Shown here: positions 11,461-23,653 of the stretch, in pieces
Position numbering within the stretch: position 1 is the stretch's first letter
How the letters are laid out: each line of letters opens with the position of its first letter
DNA from: Thalia democratica
Taxonomy: Eukaryota
Reading direction: 5' to 3'
Assembly: GCA_965202585.1 (NCBI GenBank)
Contig: OZ241832.1
Coordinates: 23,250,001 to 23,314,000, forward strand
DNA length: 64,000 nt
Notes under the pieces: model-generated
Told to the model about the DNA's origin: nothing
The model's input: only the letters and a program-made list of their open reading frames with translations
Database searches by the model: none
Translations under genes and position numbers: made by a program

Positions 11461-13150
11461 ACTTAAATAAATTTAAAGAAAATGAAATGTATTTTGTTAT
11501 ATATTTTTAGTAAGTTACTGAACAAAAAATAATGTTTTAAACTTATGCAAAAAATTGTTTTCTAAAAATTCCTACGTATTGCTTGTAAGATACTGCTGGC
11601 TCCTGTTGTATTATTTTTTATTAATTTTTGAAACCTAATATTTAGTCCAAATAATTCGACGTATTTAAAAGTTTAGATTTTAAATTCATCAGCAGACAAT
11701 ATCTTAGAAAAGTTTATTTTATTATTTATTTGTTAGTAAAATTTGAAGTCAGAAAGCCATATCTAAAAAAATAAACAATAAAATAAACTTTAAAAAAGTA
11801 TAGAAGTAATAGTTTTTTAAGAAAATAAAGTTAAGTAGTAGCTTTTAAAAAGCTTATAGTGTTTCAATATCTTTAGTGTATAAAAATTCGTCAAAATAAA
11901 AAACTCTAGTTGTATTTGATATTAAAATTAAATATAAAAGTCAAAGAAACAAAAGCACTCAATAGCTTTAAAATAACTAAGTAACTTACATAGTAATTAA
12001 TGACTAACTAAAATATTTACAGTTTTGTTTTCAAGTTGACTCATATAATTTCTAAAAATTTCTAAAACAAAACAAAAACTAAATTATCACGGTATTGCGT
12101 TTTATAATGGTAAAGAAAAAAAAGTTTTGCAAAATGGTTTAAATTTCAGTTATTTTACAATAAACAACTCAAAGTCAAATAAGAAGAAGTTATTAGTTCA
12201 AATTTTAATTATAAAATTTAAGGAATCTTATTAAATAACATAATCTGTTATAAATTTTAAAAAAGTTTTGGTTTAAAAAAATTTAAGCTAGTAGAATATA
12301 TTCAAGTATACATTTAGGCAACTGTCTGTCATTACTATTTAGTATTGCTTATTGAAGTGATTTTTCAAGGACAAAGTTAGTGAAGAAGTAAATACTACCT
12401 AGTCTATTTAGTGTAATCTAACAAAATTATAATTTTTTATAATAATATTTTAAACCTCCGGACCTATAATTTTGAGTGTTTTTTTTTTTGTCGTTTAGTA
12501 AATCAATATAATATTAATGCATTGTTTAATAGCTTGTATAAATTGTTTAAAGCTCATACATAGAGTTATTCTCTTATTGTTACTACCGGTTGCTTATTTT
12601 CAAACTCATTATTAGTGTTTATTTAATGGGATTTCAAAACTATATTAAATTTTTGGTAAGTTTTTAGTATAACCTTGTAAATATATAAGTTAAAGTAACT
12701 AAATATTCTAAACTAAGTAAGTGAACAAATAAGTTTTTCTTTAAAATAAGAATTACGATACTATCCAACTAAGTCTTTTTACATTAGCCAGTATAAAGGA
12801 AGCTTAATGTGATTAATACGAATATAAATATATTTGACGGAACTATCGACAATTAAATTATTTAATAGAAAATATTTGGTCAATGGGAGTTTTAAATTAA
12901 GTAGAGCCTACAAATAAAAAAGATAAAACTAACCTACAAACGTTATTTTTTCAACAGTTAAACAAATGTAAACACTATAATGTATTATTTTTAGATTTTT
13001 TGTCTAAAATATAATCTTAAGCGTACAATCAAGTTAGATTTCTATTTCAATTGAATGAATTTTCGGTTAAATACAAATATAAAGTTTTAATAAATCAATC
13101 TAAATAAAAATTTAGAAAAAGATGCTAAGTTCTATATATTCTTTGCTAAT

Positions 13151-13156
13151 TTTATT
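13151..13156 (-). promoter_or_regulatory. Candidate polyadenylation signal of the 141-aa gene
   Basis: AATAAA on the minus strand ~160 nt downstream of the stop at 13314; weak evidence in AT-rich DNA. Confidence 0.35.
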
Positions 13157-13313
13157 CACGAACAAAAGTAAGTACAGTAGTACAAAGACCGATTTATAAT
13201 AGATTTCAACAAATTCACATCTCAACAAAGCAGATTGAAACAGAACAAAAGAAAGCGCTTAAACAAAACTTCATACTAGTTACCAAAAACGCGTTCACAG
13301 ACTTAACACCAGT

Positions 13314-13739
13314 TTAATTCAGATCAAAAGTTTCAAGCAGCATCTTCAGCACGACGTCCCAGCTCAGCTCCCCGTCATGCGCCTTGAACTTGCTGTGAAA
13401 CAAATTCTGTTTGAAACAGAAGTGGGTGCAAACTTTTTTCGCGTACTCCGTCAGCAGTGAGTCCAGTTCTGCGGTCCGCTTTTCCGTGCCTGGCCATCCC
13501 AGCACGTCACCGTACTCTCCTGAGTAGCCGACCGCGTCAGCGAACCTTCCGAAGTCCGAATCGAAGAGCGCCAGAGCGTGTTGGCGGGCTTCGTCGAACT
13601 CTGACTTCACGTTGGCCCAGGTCGGTTGCTTTTGTTCGGAGGCCTTGGTCAAGCGGTTGAAGACACGCTTTTCAAACTCGTCGCAGGCCTCTTTGAGCTT
13701 ACCAGCGAGATATGCATCCATTTTCATCAACTTGTTCAT
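13314..13739 (-). CDS. Single-exon 141-aa helical protein resembling the GBP/atlastin C-terminal helical domain
   Basis: Clean ATG..TAA ORF, GC-rich relative to its flanks (38/60 GC at 13441-13500), with an in-frame stop upstream of the ATG. KEACDEFEKRV..PTWANV..EARQHALALF..ELDSLL..HFCFKQN aligns by eye to human GBP1 QKAIAHYEQQM..LPT..EREAIEVF..ELAAQL..DFCKQN. Coding status is likely; the family call is tentative. Confidence 0.65.
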   Translation of the reverse strand: MNKLMKMDAYLAGKLKEACDEFEKRVFNRLTKASEQKQPTWANVKSEFDEARQHALALFDSDFGRFADAVGYSGEYGDVLGWPGTEKRTAELDSLLTEYAKKVCTHFCFKQNLFHSKFKAHDGELSWDVVLKMLLETFDLN

Positions 13740-14710
13740 TGGAAGCGTTTAACAACAGTAAAATGCTTGTTAAAAATTGTTTGTTAAATATCATTTGAAA
13801 TTTGTACCAAAATAAAAACTAACAATTATTGTAAGCATGAGACTAAAAATGAAATGATTCAGTATTTGTGTATTAATATATAGTATACTGTTTAAGTCAA
13901 TATAAAGTTACTACATATTTTAACTCACATTTTAAAGATACAATTTAAACTAATATCAAACATTAATTAACCTAAAAATAATAATTTAATCACACTAAAA
14001 ACACACAACAAAAACTAAGTTTAAAAAGTTGCCAGTCTACACAATTAGCTAGTTTTTATTTTGTTATTCGATGAAAAGACTACATTTAGTATTTTTTTTT
14101 TGTTTTATTAAACGTGCATATAACTTTCGCCCAACCAGTATTTTAAAAACTGATAAAAATTTCTTGCCATTATACTTTAAAGAAACTTTTTTTCACAAAC
14201 TTGATATTTAAAAAATATAAATAAAACTGATGCGAATAATTTTTAATCAACAAGAATAAATTTTTAAAAACTAAATAATCTTTTAAAAGAGATAAGACTA
14301 ATGCAAACTAAGAAACAGCATACAATGGTATTTAGACTGTTGTTTTAGAGACTAAGGTGATTCGGTACTAATAATATTTCAGAATACAACTACATTTAAC
14401 CTTAAATTATTGAATATAATGTTGTAGTAACAAAAAATTTCCTGACAGTTAAAGTTTAGAAGCCGTCATTTTACTTCACTCTAGCTTTTGTTTTTAGCAG
14501 GGCTTTTCAAGTTCGTCTAATTAGTCGATGAAATCGCCCATTTAAAAAACTTCATTTTTAATCGAATGTATACTTAACTATATATTTCAAAATCTTTATA
14601 TAAATATTTAGCATTATCTTTTTTTTTTATTACTTTAAAAACACACAATCAAAATTAAGTTTACTGAATTTCGTTCGTGATTTAAAAAAAGACAAAATCT
14701 GATGTTTTAC

Positions 14711-14737
14711 TATATATATATAAATATATATATATAT
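14711..14737. repeat. (TA)n microsatellite next to a short hairpin
   Basis: TA run followed by the ACGGGTA-A-TACCCGT inverted repeat at ~14741-14755. Confidence 0.8.
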
Positions 14738-15810
14738 AAACACGGGTAATACCCGTTTACTTAGAAAAACCGTTGATCTAGTGACCAGGACTTCATAAAT
14801 AAACTGCCAACAATACAGTTTAAAATATAAAGCATTCACCCATAATGATCGAACTTAAATTTAACTTATGTTTTAAATGTAACATGCTTCTTACACTTGT
14901 CTAGTTGAAATGTTATAAACGTTAGTAGTAACATTTAATTACAATGCTCAATTCTACGGCTAGTTGAAAGTTTTTGAAAATATAAGACTGAAAGCTTAAT
15001 GAAATTTAGAATAAAAAATATAAGTAAACATCAATTATTTTCTTTGAAAAAATAAAAGTTTTCTATGCAGAATACTGAATTAGAGTAAGTAATTTTATTT
15101 ACAAGAATGTGTGGATAGATAAAAGTACCTTATAAGGATTAAATTATTTAAAATAAGCTTGCAAACTTCTTTTACTAAAGTAAATTGTACGTCATTTATA
15201 GGTTAAGCTTAAAATGATAAAAATGTAAATATTTTATATAACGTCTATAAAAGTATACAAGTGTTTCTTTTAAGCTCCATACATTTTCAAACTAAATTAT
15301 ATAATTTAAGCGTTTATTTTTCTACAGTAATGCCTATTCATGGCTAAGTAAAAAACAGTTGTTTATTTTTAGTTTAAAAACAGCACTATCCGCTAAGTAG
15401 AGCATGCAAATAAAAAAATACTGTTTAAATTTCTTACTTTTCAAAGTGTAAAAGTTGTTATAATTCAAATATTTTGTTGTCCATTTTAAATGATAATGTA
15501 TTTAATTTTTAAAACCCTTAACACCAGCAAAAAAATTCATAGCAAAATCATTAAACAAAAGCAATTTTACTTATTTAACTAAAACTTAACCATTTTATAG
15601 GAAACTTTAAATTGTTATTTCCTAATATCCTACTATTTGATATTCAGTTTTTTAAAACGTTACATACTTATATGATATATAATATCTTTTTTATATCTTA
15701 CACAAACTATCAGCTGAACACTACATGATTAAGCCTAATTTAATTTAACTTTAATATAGTTATACAATGATGTTTTATAGATCAAGTAATAGTTTTATAA
15801 TGGTTTATAT

Positions 15811-15900
15811 CAGGTGTTGGCAGTGCTTCATAATTGGTAGGTCAATTTTTATAGAAAAAATTCTCGCAGGCTGCAGTACATAGAAAAAATTCTTTTTTGG
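15811..15900 (+). mobile_element. Solo hAT (Charlie-like) left-end remnant
   Basis: CAGGTGTTGGCA preceded by GTTTATAT, like the other hAT ends and targets in this window; no matching right end found. Confidence 0.35.
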
Positions 15901-16623
15901 GCAAAAGTAATTCAAAACAACTGTATTATTCAATACAAAAATAGAATTTAAAAGCATAATATGTTAAAACAAGCAATTATGATGCTAGTAATTATCGATT
16001 ATTGGAAGTTTAGCCTAATTGTCAGTTTTTACTTTGTTTTTAATATTTAAAAAGTGTGTTTTAGTTTTACAGTAACATGCTGATACAGTCTGATGATTCT
16101 TGATTTATATTACAAAAAAAAAATGTTTTTAAAATTTCATTAAAAAACCGTAGTAATAGTTTTGACATGACGTATAGAGAAATAAATTTAATGATAATTA
16201 GAAACAAATATTTAAAAAATTGTTTTGTTATTTTTGACTTAATACAGTATAGTGAACTAATAATTATAACTGTACAGAGTATACACAAAACAAATACAAT
16301 TTGTGCAAATTTGTAGTACTGACAAATGAAAGTAAAAACAAAATTGTAATACTGAAAAAATTGGTACAATTCAAAAAAATTAAAGTATTGACAATTAAAG
16401 TACTAAACAAAGATGTAATACTGAAAAAAAATACTAAAAAGTTGTAGTATGTAATGACAAACAAAGTACTGAAAATTTAGTTGCAATTTAAAAAGTATAC
16501 TAATTACAAAAAGCTCAAAATTAAAGTTATGAATTTTTTATGTTTAACAACTTCAACGTTTTAGTGGTAATAAAATGCGCATTTTCGGTAAATATGGCTA
16601 TAAATGTACACACAAAACAAGTA

Positions 16624-19600
16624 TTAAGCAAGTTTGTAGTACTGACAGATGAAGTAGGCTGACTTCTTGTAATCGTACACTGTTCCGTACTGCCAACAGT
16701 TCTTCTTGCAGCTCATCTGCATCCACAGGTAGCTCTTAGGGTATCCCTTGTACCAATCATAAATGAAGTTCTTGGACATTGGCAGGTTGTCCGCCCTGGT
16801 CCACGCGGATTGTGGGTTGTCACGTGAGAACCCGATCCACACGTAAGAGTTGGATATTCCCACGAGTCCGCACAATATCCTGTTTTTATCAGTTTGCAGA
16901 AATTTTAGTTTATTTAGTACTTTATAGAACTTTACATCTACAAATGTACTGCGATTATTTTTTATATTTTTAGAATCAGTACTTAGTTATGCACAGTACA
17001 GTAGATTCAGAAGAAAGCAAAACATTTAAAAATATTTTAATGCTACTTCAAATTAATAGAAAATTGTAAATTAGTTGAAAAAGTTCTTCAAGTATTTTGA
17101 CCTTACTAATTTCTTTTTTGCATAAGTATGTTTGAAATATCTTAAACCAATTATACAAATTGAAATTTAGATCAGTTTACGAAGTAATTTTTACAAACGT
17201 TTTTTATAGTTTTTATAAAAGCTTGGCTAAGACAGAGTTTCTAGAGACATTTATTTAAGAAGATACAAAATCTACATTAGTATAATGTCTACATTTTTAA
17301 CAAAAGAAATCTAAAAACAAGAACAAACACGGCAAAACAAAACATAAGTTAACTTACAGAAGTTGTTTTAAAGGTTAGCTAACTAAAAATGTTTAAATTT
17401 ATTCTTCACGTCATGGCGTATTTTTTGTGATTATTTAATGTTATTTTGCTGTTTGCTTTATGTTGTTCTGATGAAACACGTAATGCATAGAAACTATAGT
17501 AAACAATACGAATAGTTGTTGTTTTTTTGTATAATTATTACAATGTTTTTGTATTTTTTCCTTTAAAAGTTTTTTTATTTTTGAAAACCCGTTTTGCGTT
17601 GAAATCGATTGACTAACAATACATTTGTATATAGTATTTATAGTTTTAAATAATACGTATATTTAATTTTTTCTACTAACTTTCTATCAATCCTGGTACT
17701 TATTCCGTCCATGACCAGGTTTCCATTATACGTGGACACACAATAGGCCTGGGCTGCGTTCCAATTCGTCCATTTCTTAACAAACACGTAACTTAACTGT
17801 TCTGAAAATGATAGTTTGTACGTTTTATAATGCAGAAATAAACATAAAACTGAAAGTAAGCGTTGTAAAATGTTTTTTAAAATGTAACTAAAAAAAAATT
17901 GTTTTTTTTTTGTCCAATAATTTTTAAACGCATGATGTTTGTTAACTTACTGTAAAGTAAAGAAAACTTAAAATATTTGAGCGTCTAACATGAAGGTTTT
18001 AATTATACTAGTTTTATCATCAAACCGCAAGCTTTTAACAGACTGATTTCGTTCCTATTGAAACTCGTCAGTCGGCAGCAAGTTTCAATGAGAACGAAAC
18101 CCGAGTCTACGTTTACCGAAAGTTTGTGGGCTGTTGATTGAATTGGAATGGTCAAACCTTTATGTAAGCCTAAGCTTGTCTCACGGAATACGAAAGTTCA
18201 GGCTTGGGCTGTTTAGACTTTCGCCAATGTTATCTTTGAAAAAGATGTAGTTAAAAACTTTAGTTTATTTAATTACTTGAATTATTTAAGTAAACAGTTT
18301 TATAGACAATTTCAATACTAAAACAAAAGCTTACAACAATTTTAAATAGTATTGTATGTTGTGTTTTAAAAAGTTTGAATTGCAAAACTAACTTGTTTGT
18401 TTAAATGAGATTTATGAGAAAACGAAACATTTTAAAGTAGAAATTATTAAATTTCTAAAGATTTTTATTTTTTCGGTGTAAAACTATATATCAACTAAAT
18501 ATTATAAATGTATAAGTGTAAGGTTTTGTTGTATACAATCAAAATGTATTTTAAATTCAAGTGTTTTTATCTAGTAAACTTTATATTATACCAATAAAGA
18601 AAAAACAGCCCCCGAAAAAACTAAACTTGTTTTGTTGCTCAATCACCAACAAACTATTCTTTTGTTAAATAAGTTTAATTATAAAACCAATTAAAACCAA
18701 TTATAAAGCAAACTAACGGCTTCTACACACAAAAGGACTTGCAATCAAACTGGGTGTTAATTGTCCAAGTAAACATTGTCTTACAGCGACACCTTGTGGT
18801 TGAAGTAAATTGTCACAAGTAAACATTACAACCTCATTGTTACGTAATAATAAGCTGGTGTTTGTACTCACATTTTCGATCACTGGTATTCTACAACCTT
18901 GAATAAAAAAACATAACATTTTTGAACAAAAAGTAGTTAAAAAACCTTACAACTAAACACCTCTTAATTTTTAATACAATTATAACAGCTCTAGTTTTAG
19001 AACGATTTTATCAGTAATTAACTTAAATATCTTTAAAAATAGACAATTCAAATAATTAATATAAATAAAGATTTTGCATTAAAAAAACAAAGATAATTAT
19101 TTGATAAAATACACAAAAAAAATTGTTGTGCTTATCTGCTTGTACAAGACGTTGCAAAATTTAAACTAGTTCTTTAAGTAAAGTAGCTTTACCGCAAATA
19201 AGCTTAAATTAAAATTTTGAAACGTTTCACTAATTTTTTACAGACATTAAAGTCTAAGCGACACATCCGTCTATCAAAGTAAATTATTTTGTTTAGCTTA
19301 TTTTTTTTTTACTTTACACAAGTCAAGTAGTTGATTTTTAATGTTAAAATTACCGTAACAACTTTTGTGTCTACTTTAACTAAAACAATATATTCAAGAA
19401 TTTATAACTTCTAAATTAATGAGAACTTTTCAAAATTTGTTGAAATTGTTCCTACCTGTTAGAAGCGCAATGATTCTTTCAAGTTGCTCGATTCTGGCTA
19501 CCAGTTGAGCTGTAGTAACTGTCGATGTACCAGGTATGATGTTATTGCTTATAACTACATCCTGACCATTTATCTGTACCGGACGTGTCAGAACGCACAT

Positions 19601-19633
19601 CAGTAGAATGAACAAAACTGCAAACTTTGTCAT
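16624..19633 (-). CDS. Secreted CCP (sushi) + C-type-lectin-like protein, paralog 1; complement(join(16624..16879,17681..17801,18718..18897,19456..19633)), 244 aa
   Basis: Four exons with GT/AG and phases 1,1,2 give an open frame: signal peptide MTKFAVLFILLMCVL, helical VARIEQLERIIALL, CCP GCRIP..FTC..QC..FVC, CTLD WTNWNAAQAYC..YVWIG..W..YFIC. Exon lengths and phases match paralog 2. Confidence 0.9.
17983..18170 (-). ncRNA. Imperfect ~190-bp palindrome with a minimal hammerhead-ribozyme-like core (intronic)
   Basis: Minus strand 18071-18041 reads CUGACGA-GUUUC-AAUA-GGAAC-GAAA-U-CA-GUC (core, 5-bp stem II, cleavage triplet GUC); stem I pairs poorly. Arms ~17983-18066 and ~18080-18170 are diverged inverted copies. 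Confidence 0.55.
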
Positions 19634-20742
19634 AATGACTTTCTATTTGTTAAATTTTAAACAAGGCTGTCAAAAAAAAATGTTTGATTAGCTTTATATT
19701 TTTGTCGGTATTTTAAATTTTGGGTCAAAGCTATAATATTGTAAAACACATGTAAATCCAAAAAAAAAAAGAAATGAACAATGTTTTAAAATATCTCGAA
19801 AAATAAAGCTTTTGTAAGAACTTTCTATGATAGTTAAGTATTTATAACAATAAGGTAAACCTAACAGCATAAAAAAATTAAAAAAGAAAGTAAAAAAATG
19901 CTTTTGATTAATCAAAATTGAAATACTTTACAAAAAACAAATTAAACCGTAAATTCTTTACGTTTATATAATATGTTTTACTTTTATTTGATAAATTAGC
20001 TAACTAATCTTTAAAAATATAACTTTTAGGTACTTTTTACAAAAATACACAATACTTTTTACTAAAATCTTTAGAAAAAAGTAATTAATGGAAAACTTAT
20101 CGAATTTAATGAATCTATAAAAGTAAATTTTTACTTTAGAAACGCTTTATATTGAATTTGATTTAATGCATTGTAAACAACAGACAAAAAAAAGTTTGTA
20201 TGTATAAGTTTTGCGATTCACGATAAAATTTATTAAGTTACATATTTTGATTACGAAATGAAAACTACTGATAATGTTTATTGTACTATTTTACTCTAAG
20301 CGTCGACAGCAGCAATCTTTTTGTTTTATATGTAAATGAGTACTTTTTTAAAACTAGTTGCACTCAACGATAGCCATTAATACCGAATGCCATTAATATT
20401 AAAAAAGACAAGAAAAATATATAGCTGTCAATTCAAAAAAAGGAAAACAATTAGTTACAATTTATAAGTTCACAACAAAGATTATAAACAAAAAAAAAAC
20501 TTTAAAGTTTTATTTGTGAAAAGTGTCATAAACTATAAGCACTTAAATCTATTCAAATGTAGTGATAAATCAGTCAACATAAAGCATAAATGTGGTATTG
20601 ACAGATTAAGTATTCAACTTTCTAATATTTATAAACAGTGCCGTTTTAAATTTACAAGTTAACAGTACAGCAAAGATTAAACCACACACTAGTACCTACC
20701 ATACTATACAATACATACACATTATCTTACAATAAATCAACA

Positions 20743-23653
20743 TTATTCATAGTCCTGATATTGGCAGATAAAATATTTAGCTTTCTCGTAATCGTAAACA
20801 GTCCCATACGAGTCCCACTTCTTGCAACTCAACTGCAGGTACTTGTAGTTTTTAGGGTAGTTTTCGTACCAGTCAAATTCGAAATTGCTCATGTCCCCAT
20901 TGTCGATTCTCTTCCACTCGAATGATGGGTTGTCTCTTGATATTCCGATGTGAACGTACGACCTCGATATTCCAACTTGTTTGCATACTTTCCTGGTAGA
21001 TAAAGTATTTTCATTGTAAAAAAATTAGATAAAGCTTGCTTTTTTTAACATTTTTACTTGCTGTGTTCTCGCAAAAACATACAATAGAAGTTATACATAA
21101 AACTGTGGATAAAATAAACTAATGAAATTATAAATCAGAATAATTTTTTGTACTCTAATGCTTATTTTCTCAAAATTGAAATCAAAACAACGTTTATAAG
21201 TTTTATTCCATGTCCTTCTATGTGACGAAGCGATTAAACTGCTACAGATTAAAATAAAAGTATTAACTTTTTTGTAGTCAATATCGTTTGTAATGCAACT
21301 AGAAAAGTATAAACTTAAGATAAAAAAAACTCTTCTTAAAGTATCTTTTAACTTGTCTGCATTGATGATAGTTTAAAATTAAGCTTTATGTGTTATAAAA
21401 CAAGATCAAAACGTATGTTTGGCACATTTTTTGTGTTTTTAGTTAAGATACGAAAATATCAGATTTAAAAATAAATCTGTTAAGTCCTGGAAAATAACTG
21501 TATCCAAGTGATGTACGACTCGAAAACCGATACGTTATTCGTACACCAGATCCTTAGACCAAGTTTTTTGAGCGCTTTTTTGTTATTCAAAAACAAAAAA
21601 GTAGGTTTTAAATTTTAAAACTTAGTTTTTACATTGTAGTCAGCTGAGTTTATTTAGTAATTTTTTGTTTCCTGTTAAGGTGTCTACTGTTAACGTGTTG
21701 TTTTAAAAAGTGATTAATTATTTTTCTTTCAGTTTATATAAAAACAAGATATTCGTGACCATACTAATAAAAACGTATGAAACTAAACTACTAAAGACTA
21801 AGAATGTTTAGTGTCTATAAAGGCTTTAAGCTGCTTGTGGTTCAGACTAATGTCTGTAAAATTTGATTGTTAAAAAGTCTTTAACTTTAATTTATATACA
21901 CAAAGTTGTATAAAGCTACTAAATATTTTTTTAAAGCAAAAAAAAAAGGAACTAACATTTTCAAAAAAAGTATTGTAAAGTCCGTCATAAAGTTTTTTTC
22001 AGTTTTTAAAAAACTCGTCTGGTTTAATACATACAATTTTAATGAAAAAGTATTATCTTAAAAAAAACTTTATTCTTGTTAATGAAAAACTAAAATTATA
22101 ACATACCATTTTACATTAAATTTCGAGGCAAAAAAATTCAACTTTTTCATTTTTGATAAATTAAAAATATATTAATACAATGTCACTTACTTTCTGCCTT
22201 CTTTCGTGTCTATTCCGTCCATGAGTAAATTTCCATTATATTCAGAAACACAGTAGGCCTGAGCGTCATTCCAATTCAACCATTTTTTGACAAACACATA
22301 GTTCAGTTGTTCTGAAAAAAAATATTGTATAACAAGACTTCAATATAAAAATTTATACAAATAGAAAGTTAAAAAAATTGCTCGACTAATGTAATATAAA
22401 ATACTAATTAATTTTAAACTAAAATTTTGATAAGCTCTATTAATTGTAATTCGTTATACGTATAGTAACAAAAATAATATAATATTTTCTAATAATTACA
22501 ATAAGTCTTACATATGTTTAAAAGGAGTATCAAAATTAATTTTCCTTGATTCAAGTTATTAATGTTTACAAGTTTATTTTTGCTAGAAAAATTTGAATCG
22601 TTTAAAAATTTTTGTAAAAACACTTTGTGACCTACGAAAACACTACAAAAAACAAGAAAAAAATTAAGTAAAATGTTTTAATAACTATAAGTTTATATCT
22701 TAGCCTTGACCTTAAAACAATCTACAATTTTATTTTATTGGTTATAATTGTAAATAATTTTTGAGGTTTTTTAAGAATTTAATATTTTTTTTTTGTGTAA
22801 TATCGCGATGCCTCCTTGAAAAACAAAGTAGAATATTTACTTTTAATCAACATGAAAACCACGAAGACTAAATTCATAATAACAAGTGCTAAATTATTCT
22901 ATTTTTAAAAATAATTTCACAACAAAAAGTCGTAACATCAATTTTTCTTGAAGGGCCTTTTACATTTTTTAAGAAAAACTATACAAGTTGATATCAAAAT
23001 TTTAAAACAATATTAATTAACAAACTAACGGCTTCTACACACAAAAGGACTTGCAATCAAACTGGCTGTCAATTGTCCAAGTAAACATTGTCTTACAGCG
23101 ATGCCTTGTGGTTGAAGTAAACGGTCACAAGTGAACATCACGAACTCATTATTACGTAATAATAAGCTGGTGTTCGTACTCACACTTTCGATCACTGGTA
23201 TTCTACAACCTTGAATTAAAAAAATATTTTTATGACTAATTCTGAATGAATAATGATAATGAATTTTATATAAAGATGAAATATTACAGTAGACTTAATC
23301 AAAAGTTGATTTATCACAATACTCGAATTTAACAAAACTAAAAAAAGTCCTGAGTGTAATTATAATTAACGTTTTTAAGTATTTCCGTATGGTATAGGTC
23401 AAAAACCTTAACTGAATAATTAAGTTTTGTTTGTTTTCTAACTAACCACAAAATATTTTACTTTAATATGTTAAAAACTCAAATAAAATTTAAAATATTG
23501 CTTGTTTTTTAACTTACTTGTAAGTAGCCCAACAATTCTTTCCATCTCTTCGACCCTAGCAACTAAAATGTTACTTACAAACTGACCATAACTCGGTACT
23601 ATACTTATTTGAAAGCAAACAGTAAAAATAAACAGTATAGAATGCTTTGTCAT
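20743..23653 (-). CDS. Secreted CCP + C-type-lectin-like protein, paralog 2; complement(join(20743..20992,22191..22311,23030..23209,23518..23653)), 228 aa
   Basis: Same 4-exon structure (180-nt CCP exon, 121-nt first CTLD exon). Translates without stops: MTKHSILFIF..VARVEEMERIVGLLT-SCRIP..FVCRS-QQLNYVFVKKWLNWNDAQAYC..YVHIGISRDNP..WYENYPKN..YFICQYQDYE*. Confidence 0.9.

Noticed and set aside
13457-13660. Plus-strand 67-aa ORF
   Set aside because: Antisense shadow of the GC-rich minus-strand ORF.
13314-13739. Horizontal transfer suggested by the GC-rich intronless ORF
   Set aside because: Clearly native spliced exons here (16624-16879, 26621-26813, 45925-46117) are similarly GC-enriched, so composition alone is not evidence.
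14700-14800. Possible Helitron 3' end (hairpin + CTAGT)
   Set aside because: The hairpin-to-CTAG spacing is long and no 5' end or internal sequence is recognisable; kept only as a microsatellite and hairpin.
16067-16973. ORFs 16067-16369, 16264-16464 and 16779-16973
   Set aside because: The first two read through the degenerate 3'-flank repeat; the third is antisense to lectin exon 4.
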